Under the pieces are notes generated by a model, which was not told the origin of the DNA, made no database searches, and saw nothing but the letters and a program-made list of their open reading frames with translations. 64,000 nt of DNA from Phallusia mammillata (taxonomy: Eukaryota), in assembly GCA_965637545.1 (NCBI GenBank), contig OZ281501.1:11594001-11658000 (forward strand), in the 5' to 3' direction. A program made the position numbers and the translations under genes. Positions within the stretch are counted from its first letter, which is position 1; every line of letters starts with the position of its first letter. Shown piece after piece: positions 1-12,808 of the stretch.

Positions 1-4
1 TCAG

Positions 5-3000
5 GAAACCCACAGATTTCAATCCCTATAATGCGCATGTTCGGTTCAGGTGGCGAAGTGTGCGTGGACTACTTTACCCGAGACAACACAGCTATCAACG
101 GCAAACATTACGAGGAATCAAGCGGACAAGTTACCTTTGAAGACGGACAGACTGTTAAGGATATTGATATCAAACTGCTGCCATACAATCAGTACACAAA
201 AGATCTGTCTTTCGTTATTGAACTTGGCTTAGCAAGTGGAGGGGCTGAAGTTGAAGGAAACTATGAGACAGAGGTTGAGCTTCGTGCTCCTCTTGACGAA
301 AACGATCCCGGGATGCTTGGATTCGAATCCACACGGACTGTCATCTCTTCAACGCGTCTACAACAGAAGAAGAATAAACCAGTGAAAATTGAGATTCCGG
401 TTCGTCGGACGATCGGTTGTCGTGGAGCAGTTGCTGTCGATTTTTTCACTCGTGACAATACAGCAGTCTCGGGGCAGCATTACGTTGAAACACAAGGCGA
501 ATTGCCGTTTGCTGCTGGTGAAATCCGCAAAAGCATTAAAGTCGATCTATTGCCGGGTTCTCACTACAAAAAGCAATGCTCATTTACTGCCGAGCTCGGG
601 GCCGCTACCGGTGATGCTGAAGTGGGTTTGTACGAAACAGAGGTGGTTTTAAACCCGCTGAGAAGGAGATCATCTGCAAGCAGTTCCAGCAGTTCGTCAA
701 GCTCATCTAGCAGTTCATCCAGTTCGTCCGACGAAGATGTGTTTCGGTCATCGCACACAGAAATTGTGAGACGGGAGATTGGAAGTACTGCTGTGATGAC
801 TGAACATAGTGAAATAAAAACTGTTACATTCACAACTTACCAGACTCAAACAACTTACGAGACCAGCATACACCGCCATCAAGAATTCGAAGGTAAATCT
901 AATTTTTCACACACTCTGTTTTAATTGTGTTTTTGCATTATGGGTACATAAAGTTACCTTGTGTATTGCGGGTTTTGGAAGGCCTGTGTAAATTACTTAA
1001 TTGATTTTTCAACCAAAGTGAAGCTTAACACAGAAAATGGTCAACCTCTTTGAGTATGAAATGTATTAAGTAATTATAAGTAACAACACTATGTTCTAAT
1101 GTGAGCCAAATGGATAAAGTCGACTTTTTGTAGTAAATGTATTAAGACTATTGTTAAATCAAACTGTCAGATTTTAAGCTTCTCTAAATGAATTGAAATA
1201 ACAATAACTTTTTCTCTTTCACAGATGATGGAACAGCTGGTGAAATCGGATTTCCAGACGAGCATTATGAATTTGAACTTGGTGTTGGCACCGAAGCTGT
1301 GGTGCCGGTTGCTCGTACTTTTGGTCTGACCGGAGAAGTCACTGTTGATTGGTTTACTCGGGAAAACACAGCGGTTGCTGGTAGAGACTTTATTGAGTCC
1401 GAGGGGCAGATTACCTTCGCTCATGGTCAGCCTTCTGCGGAGATCAAGGTCCCGTTAGTAGATCCACGAAAAACCGCAGGCGAAAAATTCACTGATCGGA
1501 GTTTTATCGTTGAGTTGGGCGAACCTGATGGGGGCGCAACTATGGCTCGCTACGAGACTAACGTAGTGATTTATGGCCCCCAAGGTGATTCCTCGGCCAG
1601 AAAAGGTTGGTTATATCAAACAAAATTGTAAAAAAGTGCACAGAAAGAATTAGCTCACACTTTGTTTACAAAATATACACAAAGAAAATATCATAAAAAC
1701 CATCGTACCAATACTCAATAATATGCTGGCAGTTAATCATTTTAGTCACAAAGTCTTCGTTTTTTTGCAATTTTAGCGTCTGGCGAGGATTCGAGCCCAG
1801 GTGAACACTTGTAGCGCCGCTTTGCTTTGGAAAATGCAATTTTTAAAATAAAAAACATAAAAAACATTGCATTTTCGTTAATTCGATTTTGTTTCACAGG
1901 CAAACATCGAGCTTCGTCCAGTCGAAAATAACCTTTGTATTACTAACTGTGTGCTTTGTAAATAACCTAGAAAAGCTACATACTTTACTTTACCATTAAA
2001 AAAGTGTTACTGTTCGAGATTGTATCTAACAACTATTCCACTAAACCTCACTAAACTTATATGTTTACTTTCGTTTTGCTATGTGGTTTATTTTTCGTAC
2101 ACTAACTTTTTTTGTCGGTTTGTTGAATTTGTGTACTAAACAACAAAAATCACCATGCAACAACAAAAATTCCAAACGCACAATAATACCAAAATTTACA
2201 ACCAGTAAACACACGTCTAAAAAACAAAAACAGAATCACTAATGGCTTGTTGTTAAATAACGCCAAAAGTTACAAACACACCTGAAGAAGTTGACATTTT
2301 TGGTTGTTTCCACGTCGTTGCTTTCTATCTGACGAACCAGGGTCTCTTCAGTGGTAGGTTTGATCAGGAATTCTATACGTCTTTGGTCTTTGCACTGTGG
2401 CTATTTAGCCAGTTTGCATTATGCTTTTATGTCTATCTTTTAATTAGTAGTTGTTACTTTAAGTGCAAAATAGTGGTTAACAGAATAGCTATGTCTTATA
2501 CAGCACCCACAATTAACTTTCGATTTTCATCACAGCTCGTTTGGTTGCACCAAAGAATGTTTCCATTGACGTCAGTAGCGCAACGAGCTTCTCTGTCACG
2601 TGGGAACCACAGGAAGCCACAGTCCACGAGTATCTCGTAAGTATTTTTTTGTGTGTTCGCAACCAAATTTGTACTTACATAAGAGCGGGAAAATGTTGTT
2701 GGATATGTAAGTGCATATATGTATTACATGGAAGTCTGATAAGAATATTCCTGTGCGATAAACATGTGTTGCAGCAGTATGTGTCCGCAAAACTCTGTTT
2801 GTGGTGTTTCAGTTCGTGCGTGATTGTGTATTGAGCAACAAAATCCTCAACACTATAGCCAAGACAAACATCGCCTTACTTTGACTGCTGAACAATTACC
2901 AATTACGCTCCTATGTTGCTTTGGACCAGGTTTCGTACAAACGAGCAGGAGATGCAGACGAGCCACGTCGTTACACAGTTCCAGCCAACACACACAGTTT

Positions 3001-6000
3001 CGATGTCGCTGATGTTCAGCCTGAATCCGTATATGCAGTTGTCGTCTCAGCTCTAGGTGACGGAGGCCAGCAAGCCTCCAGCGCTGTTATTAGCTGCAAA
3101 ACTCCAGGCAAAGGTATTCTGTTTTTACATAAGTAATTTTTTCGTATTTTAACCCGCCATTATATTTCAGTACCGGGACCACCTAATCGTCTGGCATTCC
3201 AAGTTCTCTCCCCCACTTCACTACATTGTTCGTGGGGTGAACCAGCTGTAACGCACGGAATAATCGTCGGCTATGAAGTCGTTTACAAACCAACTGGTAA
3301 AATATACTTATAAGGTTTAATCTACCTTGTATACCAAATGTCATTGGAATGTCGAAAATATGTCAAACTCTTGCTGAACTTTGGCTGTGTAAATACGCAA
3401 TATAGATATTTTGAATCTAAATCCATAATACTGATTAGTTACAGAACTGAAAGAAAATACTTTATTCTTTTGTAATATTTTTGTACAGTTTAAGAGCGTT
3501 ATACAGATGTTAGAACTGCGAGTCTTTGCCATTTCGGAAGGTTGCTTAGAGTTTTAATCTGACTCTTTTATTGCCAGATGATAGCGAAAAACAAGAACCG
3601 CCGGTAATGATCAAAATTCCGGATGGTCATTACCGTTCCCTGCTGGTGGAGAATCTGCTTGAAGATACAACTTACATGTACAGTGTTAGGGCGCAGAACA
3701 GAGCTGGTACTGGACCACCGAGGGATGCTACTATGAAGATTGAACAAGTGGGATCCAGGCCACCATCAGGTAAAAACTAATCTTGTAATGTTACGCAATG
3801 TCCACCATGAGTAATTGAGTATGTATTACTTCGTTTCTTTTCACGTTCTGAAAATAGATGTGTATGTTAAAATGACTTTTTTGTAACTAGTATTTGTTTT
3901 CAGCCATCTTCCTGGATGAAGAGAACATGAAAGCGATACAGGAGCAGATTGCTTTGGAGGAAGCTGTAAGGAAAGCTAACAGAAGTCGAAATGTGTCCAA
4001 CGTGTCGGACGATAGTGGAACAAAGGTATAGTATTGGCTGCATGTTTTTATACCATTATATTGACTGATTTCGTTAACCATGTTTTTTTATGTTAATAGT
4101 GTAAAAAAATAACTGTTTATTTTAGATATCAACTACTGTACGCCATGTACACGAACCATCAATGGAAACGAAAACCAAAACTGCTACTAAGACTAGGGTC
4201 ACAAGGTACACATCTAATATTGCGCAAAAATGCATTACGGTTTTCAGTTAAGAATACAACCAATAAATGAACTCAACGTTAAGGTACATTCACAAAGATG
4301 GCCAGACCGATCCTGAGGTTGAGACGGTTGAATACGACGGAAGGTTATCGCAAGAGGAGCTTTCAAAGTTGGCCGAAAACAGTCAGCGTATAGAGGTAAA
4401 ATCACCACCAAAGCAGTATAGTTAAATCTTAGCAATAAAACCGAAGTTTAAAATAAAGTCAATCCACTAAACGGAAACAAAAACTAAACCACAAAAAATG
4501 TTCTTCTCACAGTGTGGATCGCCGCTTCAGGTAAACAAAACACAGTTTATGTTTGAATGTTGTTTTTCGACTTTATTTTGTATTTCGTATTTTACACTGG
4601 CATGGAAGTTTCTTATATTCGCCTTGGTGCAGTTACACATAACGGGGGACACCAGTGGTGTAAACTAACTGTGGAATGCGTTTTTTGATTATCCCGAAAA
4701 GTTAAAATGGTTTAACCTTTGTTTGTTACAAAGCATGATGCTCGGTCAGTAACAAAGAATGTTTTCAGTTTCTGTTGAACAGGTGTGACATAACTACTGG
4801 GACAAATATTTTTTAGAGAAGCGTGACTCTGTTTAGTTGTTCTGTGGTTTATTGTTGCTAACTGCGTGGTTTGCATGATATTAAAGAATACATTTTTGGA
4901 AGAGGATTGTGTGGTTTCAATGTTAACATCCTGTCTAATGTATTCAACAGTAATCATAATTGAACATATTTGTATGATACATATGCGATTCGCGCTAAAG
5001 CGCCAATAACCTCAGCCATTTTTTTAAACTTCGTGTATTTTCAACAGGTGCAAGTGATTTCATACAACACGTCCACTAGCAGCGCCACTGGGCCGGGTTA
5101 TTCGTCTCAGACGTCGACCACGAGCAAGCCACAGTCAGAAGTAGGCTACGTGAATCCTTACCCACAGGAATACATGAACACTGATGTGCGAAAGGACGTC
5201 TCACAAGACACCCAGGTGTTTACTGATGTCGAGGAAACAACCGACGGAGATGTCGATGTAAGTAAAATCACACAATCACAGAAAGAATAAAAATACATTT
5301 TTGGAGTACACATGCTCTTCTAAAGATGTAAATGTTACATTAAAAACTAAGCTTTGGCCAATATCACTACGACGTTATTTTGTGCCGGCTGTCGGGCATT
5401 AAGAAACAAAAGCGACGCATTGACCAGACCACTTCATGTGTTTATGTTAGTAATCCCGGCATTGGTAGGCTTTCAAGTTTTTAGTTTTTCAAAGATTTGG
5501 TCCATCATGAAATGCACAATTATAACTGCATACCGGCCACAGAGAGCAGCGACATCCGCTTGGAAAGAACCTCTTATATCTTGAACTAAGCAAACCGGCC
5601 AAAGTTTCCTGAACAGATCCGATAGAAGTTGTCAAAACCCTGCAATTATAAAACGACTACCGTATAGCAGGAGGCGTTATATTTGGTATGCTGGGAACTT
5701 TATTTCTCCGCGCGCCGTTACCCAACCAATAGTTACACCCGCCCACCTACTTCACACCACTGAAACCGAAGCGTTGGGTTGAATGACGCCCAAATAATTA
5801 CCCTGTTGTGGACATTTGCATCTCCTCGAGGCCGGTCAGTGACGTCTGTGGCTAGGCAATTTGGTACCGGTCTTACTGGATCACACCTTCGAAAAGCCCC
5901 ATTTAAAATACAATGCTAAAAATCGATTTGAAACAACGCCAAAGTTTACGTAATCGCGTTGTCTTGGAGGGCGTGAGATCAATTATTAGGTTTGGTGCTT

Positions 6001-8224
6001 AGATTATTACAAATTTTATCAGTTAATCTACCGGTCATGACAAATTATAATTGGACCACACAGTTAACTACACATCTGACGTTGGTACTAACTAATATTG
6101 CAAAAGTTCTTAACTGGGGGTACGTATATACCCTAGGGGTGCAAAACACCAAATAAGGGGTACGAGATAGAGTTTCCATATTAGGCTTTTCTGTCCAAAA
6201 TTATTGTTTTAGTGTGGTTTAGAATATTTCAAATAACATGCATAAAACGCAACTAAATCTGTAAAAAGGCTGTCAATTGGACTTCAGAATGTTATGTCAA
6301 TTACTATTTCAATTGACTTCCATCAGTTATTGTAGGCAACGACTATGCAGGTATTTTGCAAAAGCTTAACAGTACGACGAGCGCCCACTGAATTAATGTA
6401 ATAAAAAACTGCAATTTACCACTACAATGACGCCCTTAGTACTCCTATCCCTTAAAATGTTCTATTTTAAATTCTCACGCAGCAATTTTTCGTTTACTTA
6501 AAAGAGGCGGCCGGGCTTTGAAGAACACAGCCATAGTGTTTGCAGACGTGGCGCCAGTTCCCTGATGCAGCAAATTCGCTTTTCAATTAGTTTTTCCAGG
6601 GCACATAAACGTTAGGGTCGGCCAAAAATATTGTTCGTGTTCTACGATATTTTTTATCGATAAGCTCAGATAGTGAGTATTTCGTATCGTTCTCACTATC
6701 ACTTGCTGACAGAATGACAGGACTAGAGTAAACCGGTTTTAAAACGAGACATAGCCCATATCCGCACAAAATCCGCAACATTTTTGGTGAAATCGTATTT
6801 TGGTGCAAGTTGCCGCAAATTAAGATCGCAGATTGCAAGTTACCGCACATTAAGATCGTAAAAATTAAACAAACGGTAAAGTAAACAAGCAAAAATGTTT
6901 CGAAACATTTACTGCACTAGAAAAAAAAGTCACCAATCAACTTTGCAGTTTTACCACAAAAAAATTGTGCAGAATTCTTCGCGTAAATAATATTGTTTCT
7001 GAAATGATGACAGTGCACCAAACAGCTATCATAGCCTCTAGCAGGACTAAGAACGTCAGGCATTTAATTTCCGTTGCCAACAGATGTCTTATTACGACCA
7101 CGATTTTTGACATCCAGTAATCATTGCGATTGGCAACATTGAGCGCCAATTAAGGTCATGCATTCGCTTAAAGTTAAACTTAAGTTAACGCCTTTTCTCA
7201 ACCCTGCGACGTTTCAAAACTTGCAAATAGTTTGCAAATAAATCTTGACCAAGCCCAATATCGACTAACCGCGGACCTGGGAATTAACTGAAAGTTAAAC
7301 AGCACGTTAGTGTCGTAGATCTTAACATTAGGGAATTAGCTTTCAAAACGATCGCACTTTTTCCATCCCGAGAAATGGTAATCGTTTCCGTCGACTTCCA
7401 GTGCCGGGTACTAACAGTCCCTAAAAACAGTTTATTAACATCCCACGTTCTAAATACACACCCACGTGACATGGCGCGACGTGCTGAATTGGGTTTGGTC
7501 GTAGCAATTTGTGTGAATGCCTAATGTCAATGTCAACATAAATTGCGCATTTAGTCGTAAGTGTAAGTTACTAGGCGCATCCGCGGTTTAAGGCAACGTT
7601 TTGTGACTTGTTTACGAACGAGTCCAGTTGTACGAAACCTGACATTTATTTTGATGCTCACTTTACAATTTATTTGCATGTTGAACTTCGCAGTCCTAAT
7701 CATCCTTCAAAACATTTAAATTGTTACGAGTGGTTTGTTAAAATAAGTTTGAATTTCTATTTTCAAATCTTGACCTTTCGTGTGCTTCAAGTGGCCTATT
7801 ATAAATTGTTAGGAAATTTGTGCTGCATACCAGCAAACATCCGAGTGTTGTTTATAGTATTTAGCTATTATATCATTGTAATATCATTGGGTATTCTCCC
7901 ACTTTAAGTTGCAACAATGTTATTGACCAGCACAGTAAGATACAGTTTGATGCACAGTAAAATGAACTTTTTTTTGCAAAAACGAATATTTTTTGTCTTT
8001 ACTTAACAAAGACAATTTTGAACATTGTAACACCCTTGGATATTTAACAAATCAAACTGTTGTTGTTGAACGGAAATTGCTTGTTTTCGAAGGTTACGAC
8101 CATCACCAAGACGTACAGAACCACAACAACTGAACGTCGATTGGAAACCACTTCAGGAATGAAGTCGATCGTGCTTGCTCCAGACGGAACATCAATCGAG
8201 CAACAATACGGCGACCAGCAATGA
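5..8224 (+). CDS. ITGB4: Integrin beta-4-like protein, cytoplasmic 3' part (at least 3 Calx-beta domains, one FnIII pair, Thr-rich tail); 5' end lies outside the window
   Basis: Hand-joined GT-AG exons 5-892, 1225-1584/1605, (1777-1800), 2536-2636, 2930-3113, 3171-3296, 3578-3769, 3904-4025, 4126-4205, 4284-4395, (4513-4530), 5048-5257, 8093-8224 (TGA). The Calx-beta motif V.VD.FTR.NTA..G..Y/F.E..G...F..G occurs three times. The second FnIII (PGPPNRLAFQVLSPTSLHCSWGEP...LLVENLLEDTTYMYSVRAQNRAGTGP) closely resembles the second FnIII of vertebrate beta-4 as recalled. Calx-beta followed by FnIII is the beta-4 hallmark. The ectodomain is not visible. Confidence 0.8.
670..729 (+). repeat. Coding poly-serine tract between Calx-beta domains
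   Basis: RRRSSASSSSSSSSSSSSSSSSSDED is encoded by mixed TCN and AGY codons. Confidence 0.85.
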
Positions 8225-9780
8225 GTCGAGCAATTACTCGACAACCACTCGGCTCCGAACTAACCGCTGCAGGCAAACGCTATTGGTGATGCTCGAAAAC
8301 AAATCTGAGACTAATAACACGTGCAAGAGGCGGATCACTCGTTGGAAAAGCTAAGATGGTTTATCAGTTAAAATTGGGCCGTCGGCGTGGAGCCTTGAGT
8401 GCCCTGTTGACAACCTCATCCTCGGATTTACAAGTTACTGCTTTTATTACCACTACGTGTTCACACAAGTAGCAAGACTTCTTTGAATTGACCGCCAAAA
8501 GGGTGATGCCTGTCTTCTCGCACTTAACGCCACTTTACGTTGCCTCATTACATCACGCGCACCTTAAGCTATTAACGTACATTTCTAAGGCTCGAAAGTG
8601 ACGCTCAAACCGTGTCATCTTCAGCTATGGTACGAAGTGGGAGTCGTCCCATTCAGTCCAACATAAGATTGCCACCTTGTCACAATTAACTGCGCTCTTT
8701 CGCACGAGTGATGATCCGTAAAACACAATTGGTTCCCATTTTTGTTTGGGCCTCCCGCCTCGATTTCGTTTTGTTTAAACCAAGCCCATGGGAACTAAAT
8801 TACTTTTTTCGCTTTCAAGCAGGCAAAATATAGTACAATACGCAACTGTTCCTTATTACAATTTCCGAATATTGGCAATATATGTGTACTAATATCTACA
8901 CAAGTTTTATTCCTACATTGCTATTTTACCCGCCCCGACGTAAATGCATGTGATGTATGTGAGGATAAGATGTACATATCTTGCGTGTTTTTTAATGGTA
9001 TTCGTTGGAAGGTAGAGCCATGCTTTGAAGCACTGCCAAGGCTAACATTGTACAAACGCCAAGGCGAAAATTGTTAATCCCAATGTTTTTCTACTATCGC
9101 AGTTGTACAAAAATGTGTTGCATGAGATTTTTCGTGTGCCTGAAGAATGAAGTACTAACAACGTATTCCCTAATGCATTTATTAGAGTATTAGCGCTAAT
9201 GGATTGTTGGATTTTTGCGAAGCTTACATTACACCATGCTATAACGGTGAAAACGTGTGCAAGAAGTTGGCAGAAAATTAAATAGGTGAAAAGAAAGTCA
9301 GATACCGTTGGATCGTATTTATACTAATTTGCTATACCAGACTGACCACGTGACCAAAGGGTTTTCAGTTTAACGCTTGTCGACAAAACTTCAGTCAGTT
9401 ACTGCTCTTAAGCTTGGGTCTGCGAGAGCAAAATTCCTTACGGTTTCAACAAATATCTTTGAACACACCAAACTTCCGTTACAATGCGGTACATAGTATG
9501 TTTTACATTCCGTTTCAGGTAAAATACCATTCCTGTCACATTACATAGTTCGGTATAACGCCTTTAATAGGCCTGGCGTCCTGTGAACACTATCACATAG
9601 ACAAAAAGCGCTGATTCTGTTTTCAATGAGTCAGTTTTACAAGATCCGGTCCTTTTTTTAACAGAGTATCACCAAATAGACTTCAATTCATGCGTCTTGC
9701 GTCAAAAGCAGCAAAGATAACAGTTCAAAGGTAAAGAAATAATTGTGAGAACTACTGTAACAAAGGCAACTAAACACGTA

Positions 9781-9868
9781 GATTCCGGACGTTTAGAGAC
9801 GTTTGTTTTTTAAATTTTGCTCCGGACACAGATTTTTCTCCCAAATTCCGGACGTCTGGTAACCCTTA
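9781..9868. mobile_element. Single end of a degraded hAT-like DNA transposon
   Basis: Three TCCGGAC subterminal motifs end in TCTGGTAACCCT. No partner end or TSD was found. Confidence 0.4.
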
Positions 9869-10695
9869 ATAAGCGTGCATATAACCATGGTTTTCTGTTC
9901 TCTTCATAACTCTACCCGCAAGTGCAAGACCACTATTCAAAGCTGAGTTCAGAAAAAAAGCTAACAAAGAAGTAATGTCAGTGGTAATTTTATTGTGAAC
10001 ATTAAATTCATCTGTGCCACTTGGCATCTAACGATATGATATATTATTCGCAAAATAGAAATGTGTAATCAACACTTTGTATTGACAAAAAAACACAATG
10101 AACAACAGTGTATAAACTCTCGTCGGAATGTTTGATGTGGCCTAAGTCAACCAGTTATTAAATCGAGGCTGACAATAGCTGTAAAGGTCACACGTATTGC
10201 AACTGGGTGTTAAAGATGCTAATATCAAATTTGAGCCGAACCAATGGTTGCCGAGCAGCATTTAAGCAAATTTAATTATATTAAATCTTTTTGCAAGAAT
10301 ACAAAACTTAACAAACTATTTCAATGAACGTGGATTGTTGTGAGCCTTATGGCAGGTGCAATGAATGCTTCTCAGTATTTCGAAACATAGATAAAGACGG
10401 AAACACAGTGTGCAAATAAAGAAGATAAACAGCAGTGAACGAAAAACAAGTTACTCATTGAAAACAACCGAATACGAAATACGAGTGCGGTGAGAAATTC
10501 ATAAACATCAATTAATGCCGCGCTTTTAACGGCAAAGCTCTTCGGTCAATCTTATCTCCGATCTATTATTGCTACAACGTGCAATTAAAATATCCATTGA
10601 GAAGTGCATCGTGTGAGAATAGGTTTTTCGTCGATGACCGACCGCCGTAGGGACATGTGGGTTGGGTGGAAATAGAACTTTCGCGTTGTTGATCA

Positions 10696-12808
10696 TCATA
10701 CGTAAAACTCCACACAGCCGTTCTCCTCGCATGACTTTGCAGCTCCCTCTGAGATTCGATAATCGACACTTTCCGGGTTTGTGGTGTGGTGACCACTATA
10801 GCAGTGACCTGGAAATCAAATAGACGTATTAACATAATGGCCTATTTCCAACACCTGCTGTCTACCCCTATACTGAAAAGGTATTGGCACTCCTTTCCGC
10901 CAATTAGGTTAAAGGTCGGGTGCTATTAAAAAGTGTTCTGCGAGACTAGTGCGCCCTGGTACCCGGTTTGTAGTGAGACATGCCGCATACTTCCCGGCTG
11001 ATGGCAAGAAGCATTAAGCGAATTCCGATCGGACAGTGTTGCCAAAAACGAAAGTTTCGTAAATATTATTCGGCCATTATCACCTCCAACTTGTCATCAA
11101 CACCAAAAAGTGTCGTCGCTAGGACCATTACGGCCAATCAGACCTGTTGCGGCGGCCCGCCACTCTGTAATCAAATCGCGCACACTCCCACCTGTTAGAA
11201 GTGAGTTTGTCGATTCCTCGTAGAAATCCATTTTAAGGAGACGAAATCCGGTCTTGCAGCATTGACACTGGAAGTTTGCTCCCTCGTTATCCTGGCCCAA
11301 TTTATACACCATCGACTCGGGATGGGGCAAAAAGCACCGGCCGCGTTCATTCGGGTTATAACTCTGTAACAAGCAAATTTACAGTTTGAATATGCAACTA
11401 ATGCAAAGCTTACATAAAGTAACCTTTTGGACAATTCATTTACGGCCCTAATGTAAGTTTAAGTATAAAAATATAAAAACTTCATTTAACACACCTTGTG
11501 GCAACGGACGCAGTGTGACATAACTTGCTTCGCAACAGTGTCTGGGATTAGTACAGAAAGTGCTTTGATGCATTTCGGGTCTTTGGAATCAAGTTTTTCT
11601 CGCAAAATTCTCTTGAGCTCTTTTGCGCTGCAGCCCTCCAAGTATTCATCAATCCGAACAGCATCGTTGATGAGGGATTCGACTTTGGGTATGGGACTGC
11701 TCGAGGCATTTGATCCCACTGTGGAAACCGATGTCCGCCTATCATGGATCTTTAATGACTGAAGATCACCGATTGTTTTGGAAACTCTCGGGACAGGCAC
11801 CGGGGCTGGTACGGTGGGTTGAGGACGTTGAAGAACATGGCGATGGCCTGGATAAGTTTCCTGAGTTTCGAGCATCGGCTGGGTTGTGTTTGCAGCATAC
11901 GACTGATCACTTGGAAAACTATCTTCGTCTGCATCAAAGTCGATCTCAGTAGATATGACGTAGTCGGCCACAGCAGGGCCTTTGACTGGTGTGAAAATAC
12001 TTGAGCTGACATCTGACAAATCGCTACCACTAGTTAGTCGCTGATTTCGGGGAACTACCGGGGTAAATGCGGACTTTCGCGAACCATCACTTGAAATCAG
12101 AGGCGATGGGGTTTTGTGTTCGGTCGGGTAAACCGCAGGAACGCGAATGGGACTGACTTGTGTGCTGTGAGATTGAAAGTTGTAAGGGGAAAGTTGTTGT
12201 GGAAGGTCCTTGTGAGTCTTTGTGAGTTTTAATGTTTTCGGCTTCTTCAATATTCCTCGCTTTCCGGACTGAAACGATTCGGTCTCGCTACTATCAGCAT
12301 CGTTGTAGTTGCTAGAAGCTTTCCAATTTTTAGAGAGGTGCAAGGGGTCGTAGTATGAACCTCGGTTGTCGAATTCGTTGCCAACGTAGCAGTAGCCACT
12401 TGCGTCGTCGTCTGATTTTGTAAATGACGGTGTTGGCGAGGGGGTCATAGATACTGAGGTCATAGCAGAGCTGGGATCGACGTATTCTTGATGCTGCGGA
12501 TGATCGTACCACAAATTGTGTTGATGGGCTTCCGTAACATGTTGCATGCGTTTGCCGTGGGCGACCCGGGAGGTATAGGCGCCGTGTGGGGCCGCGTACA
12601 GATGGAAGGCTTTGTCCGATGTCATTTGCTTTAGAGGTGAATTAGTACCGTCGTCACTGGAAGTTGTGGTGGAATATCCGCTCTCACAAACGTCGTTAAA
12701 CTTCACCTTGCGTTCGCTGATCTCGACTTGCCGCAATCTTTTGTTTTTTTGATGGTTTGCGTTAAGGTGCTGAAGCATTACGTTACTGGTTTGAGATATA
12801 GACGTCAT
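10696..12808 (-). CDS. Uncharacterised ~532-aa protein: low-complexity S/T/P-rich region plus a C-terminal Cys/His (putative zinc-binding) domain
   Basis: Exons 12808-11495, 11363-11192 and 10808-10696 join in frame with GT-AG introns (1599 nt). The C-terminus reads HCVRCHKSYNPNERGRCFLPHP...FQCQCCK...GHCYSGHHTTNP...SCEENGCVEFYV*. An AG acceptor lies 2 nt before the ATG, so an additional upstream coding exon is possible. Confidence 0.85.

Noticed and set aside
2234-2353. Possible extra integrin exon ending ...MACC* or a 13-nt microexon
   Set aside because: The acceptor lacks a pyrimidine tract and the short form breaks frame. Not supportable without transcripts.
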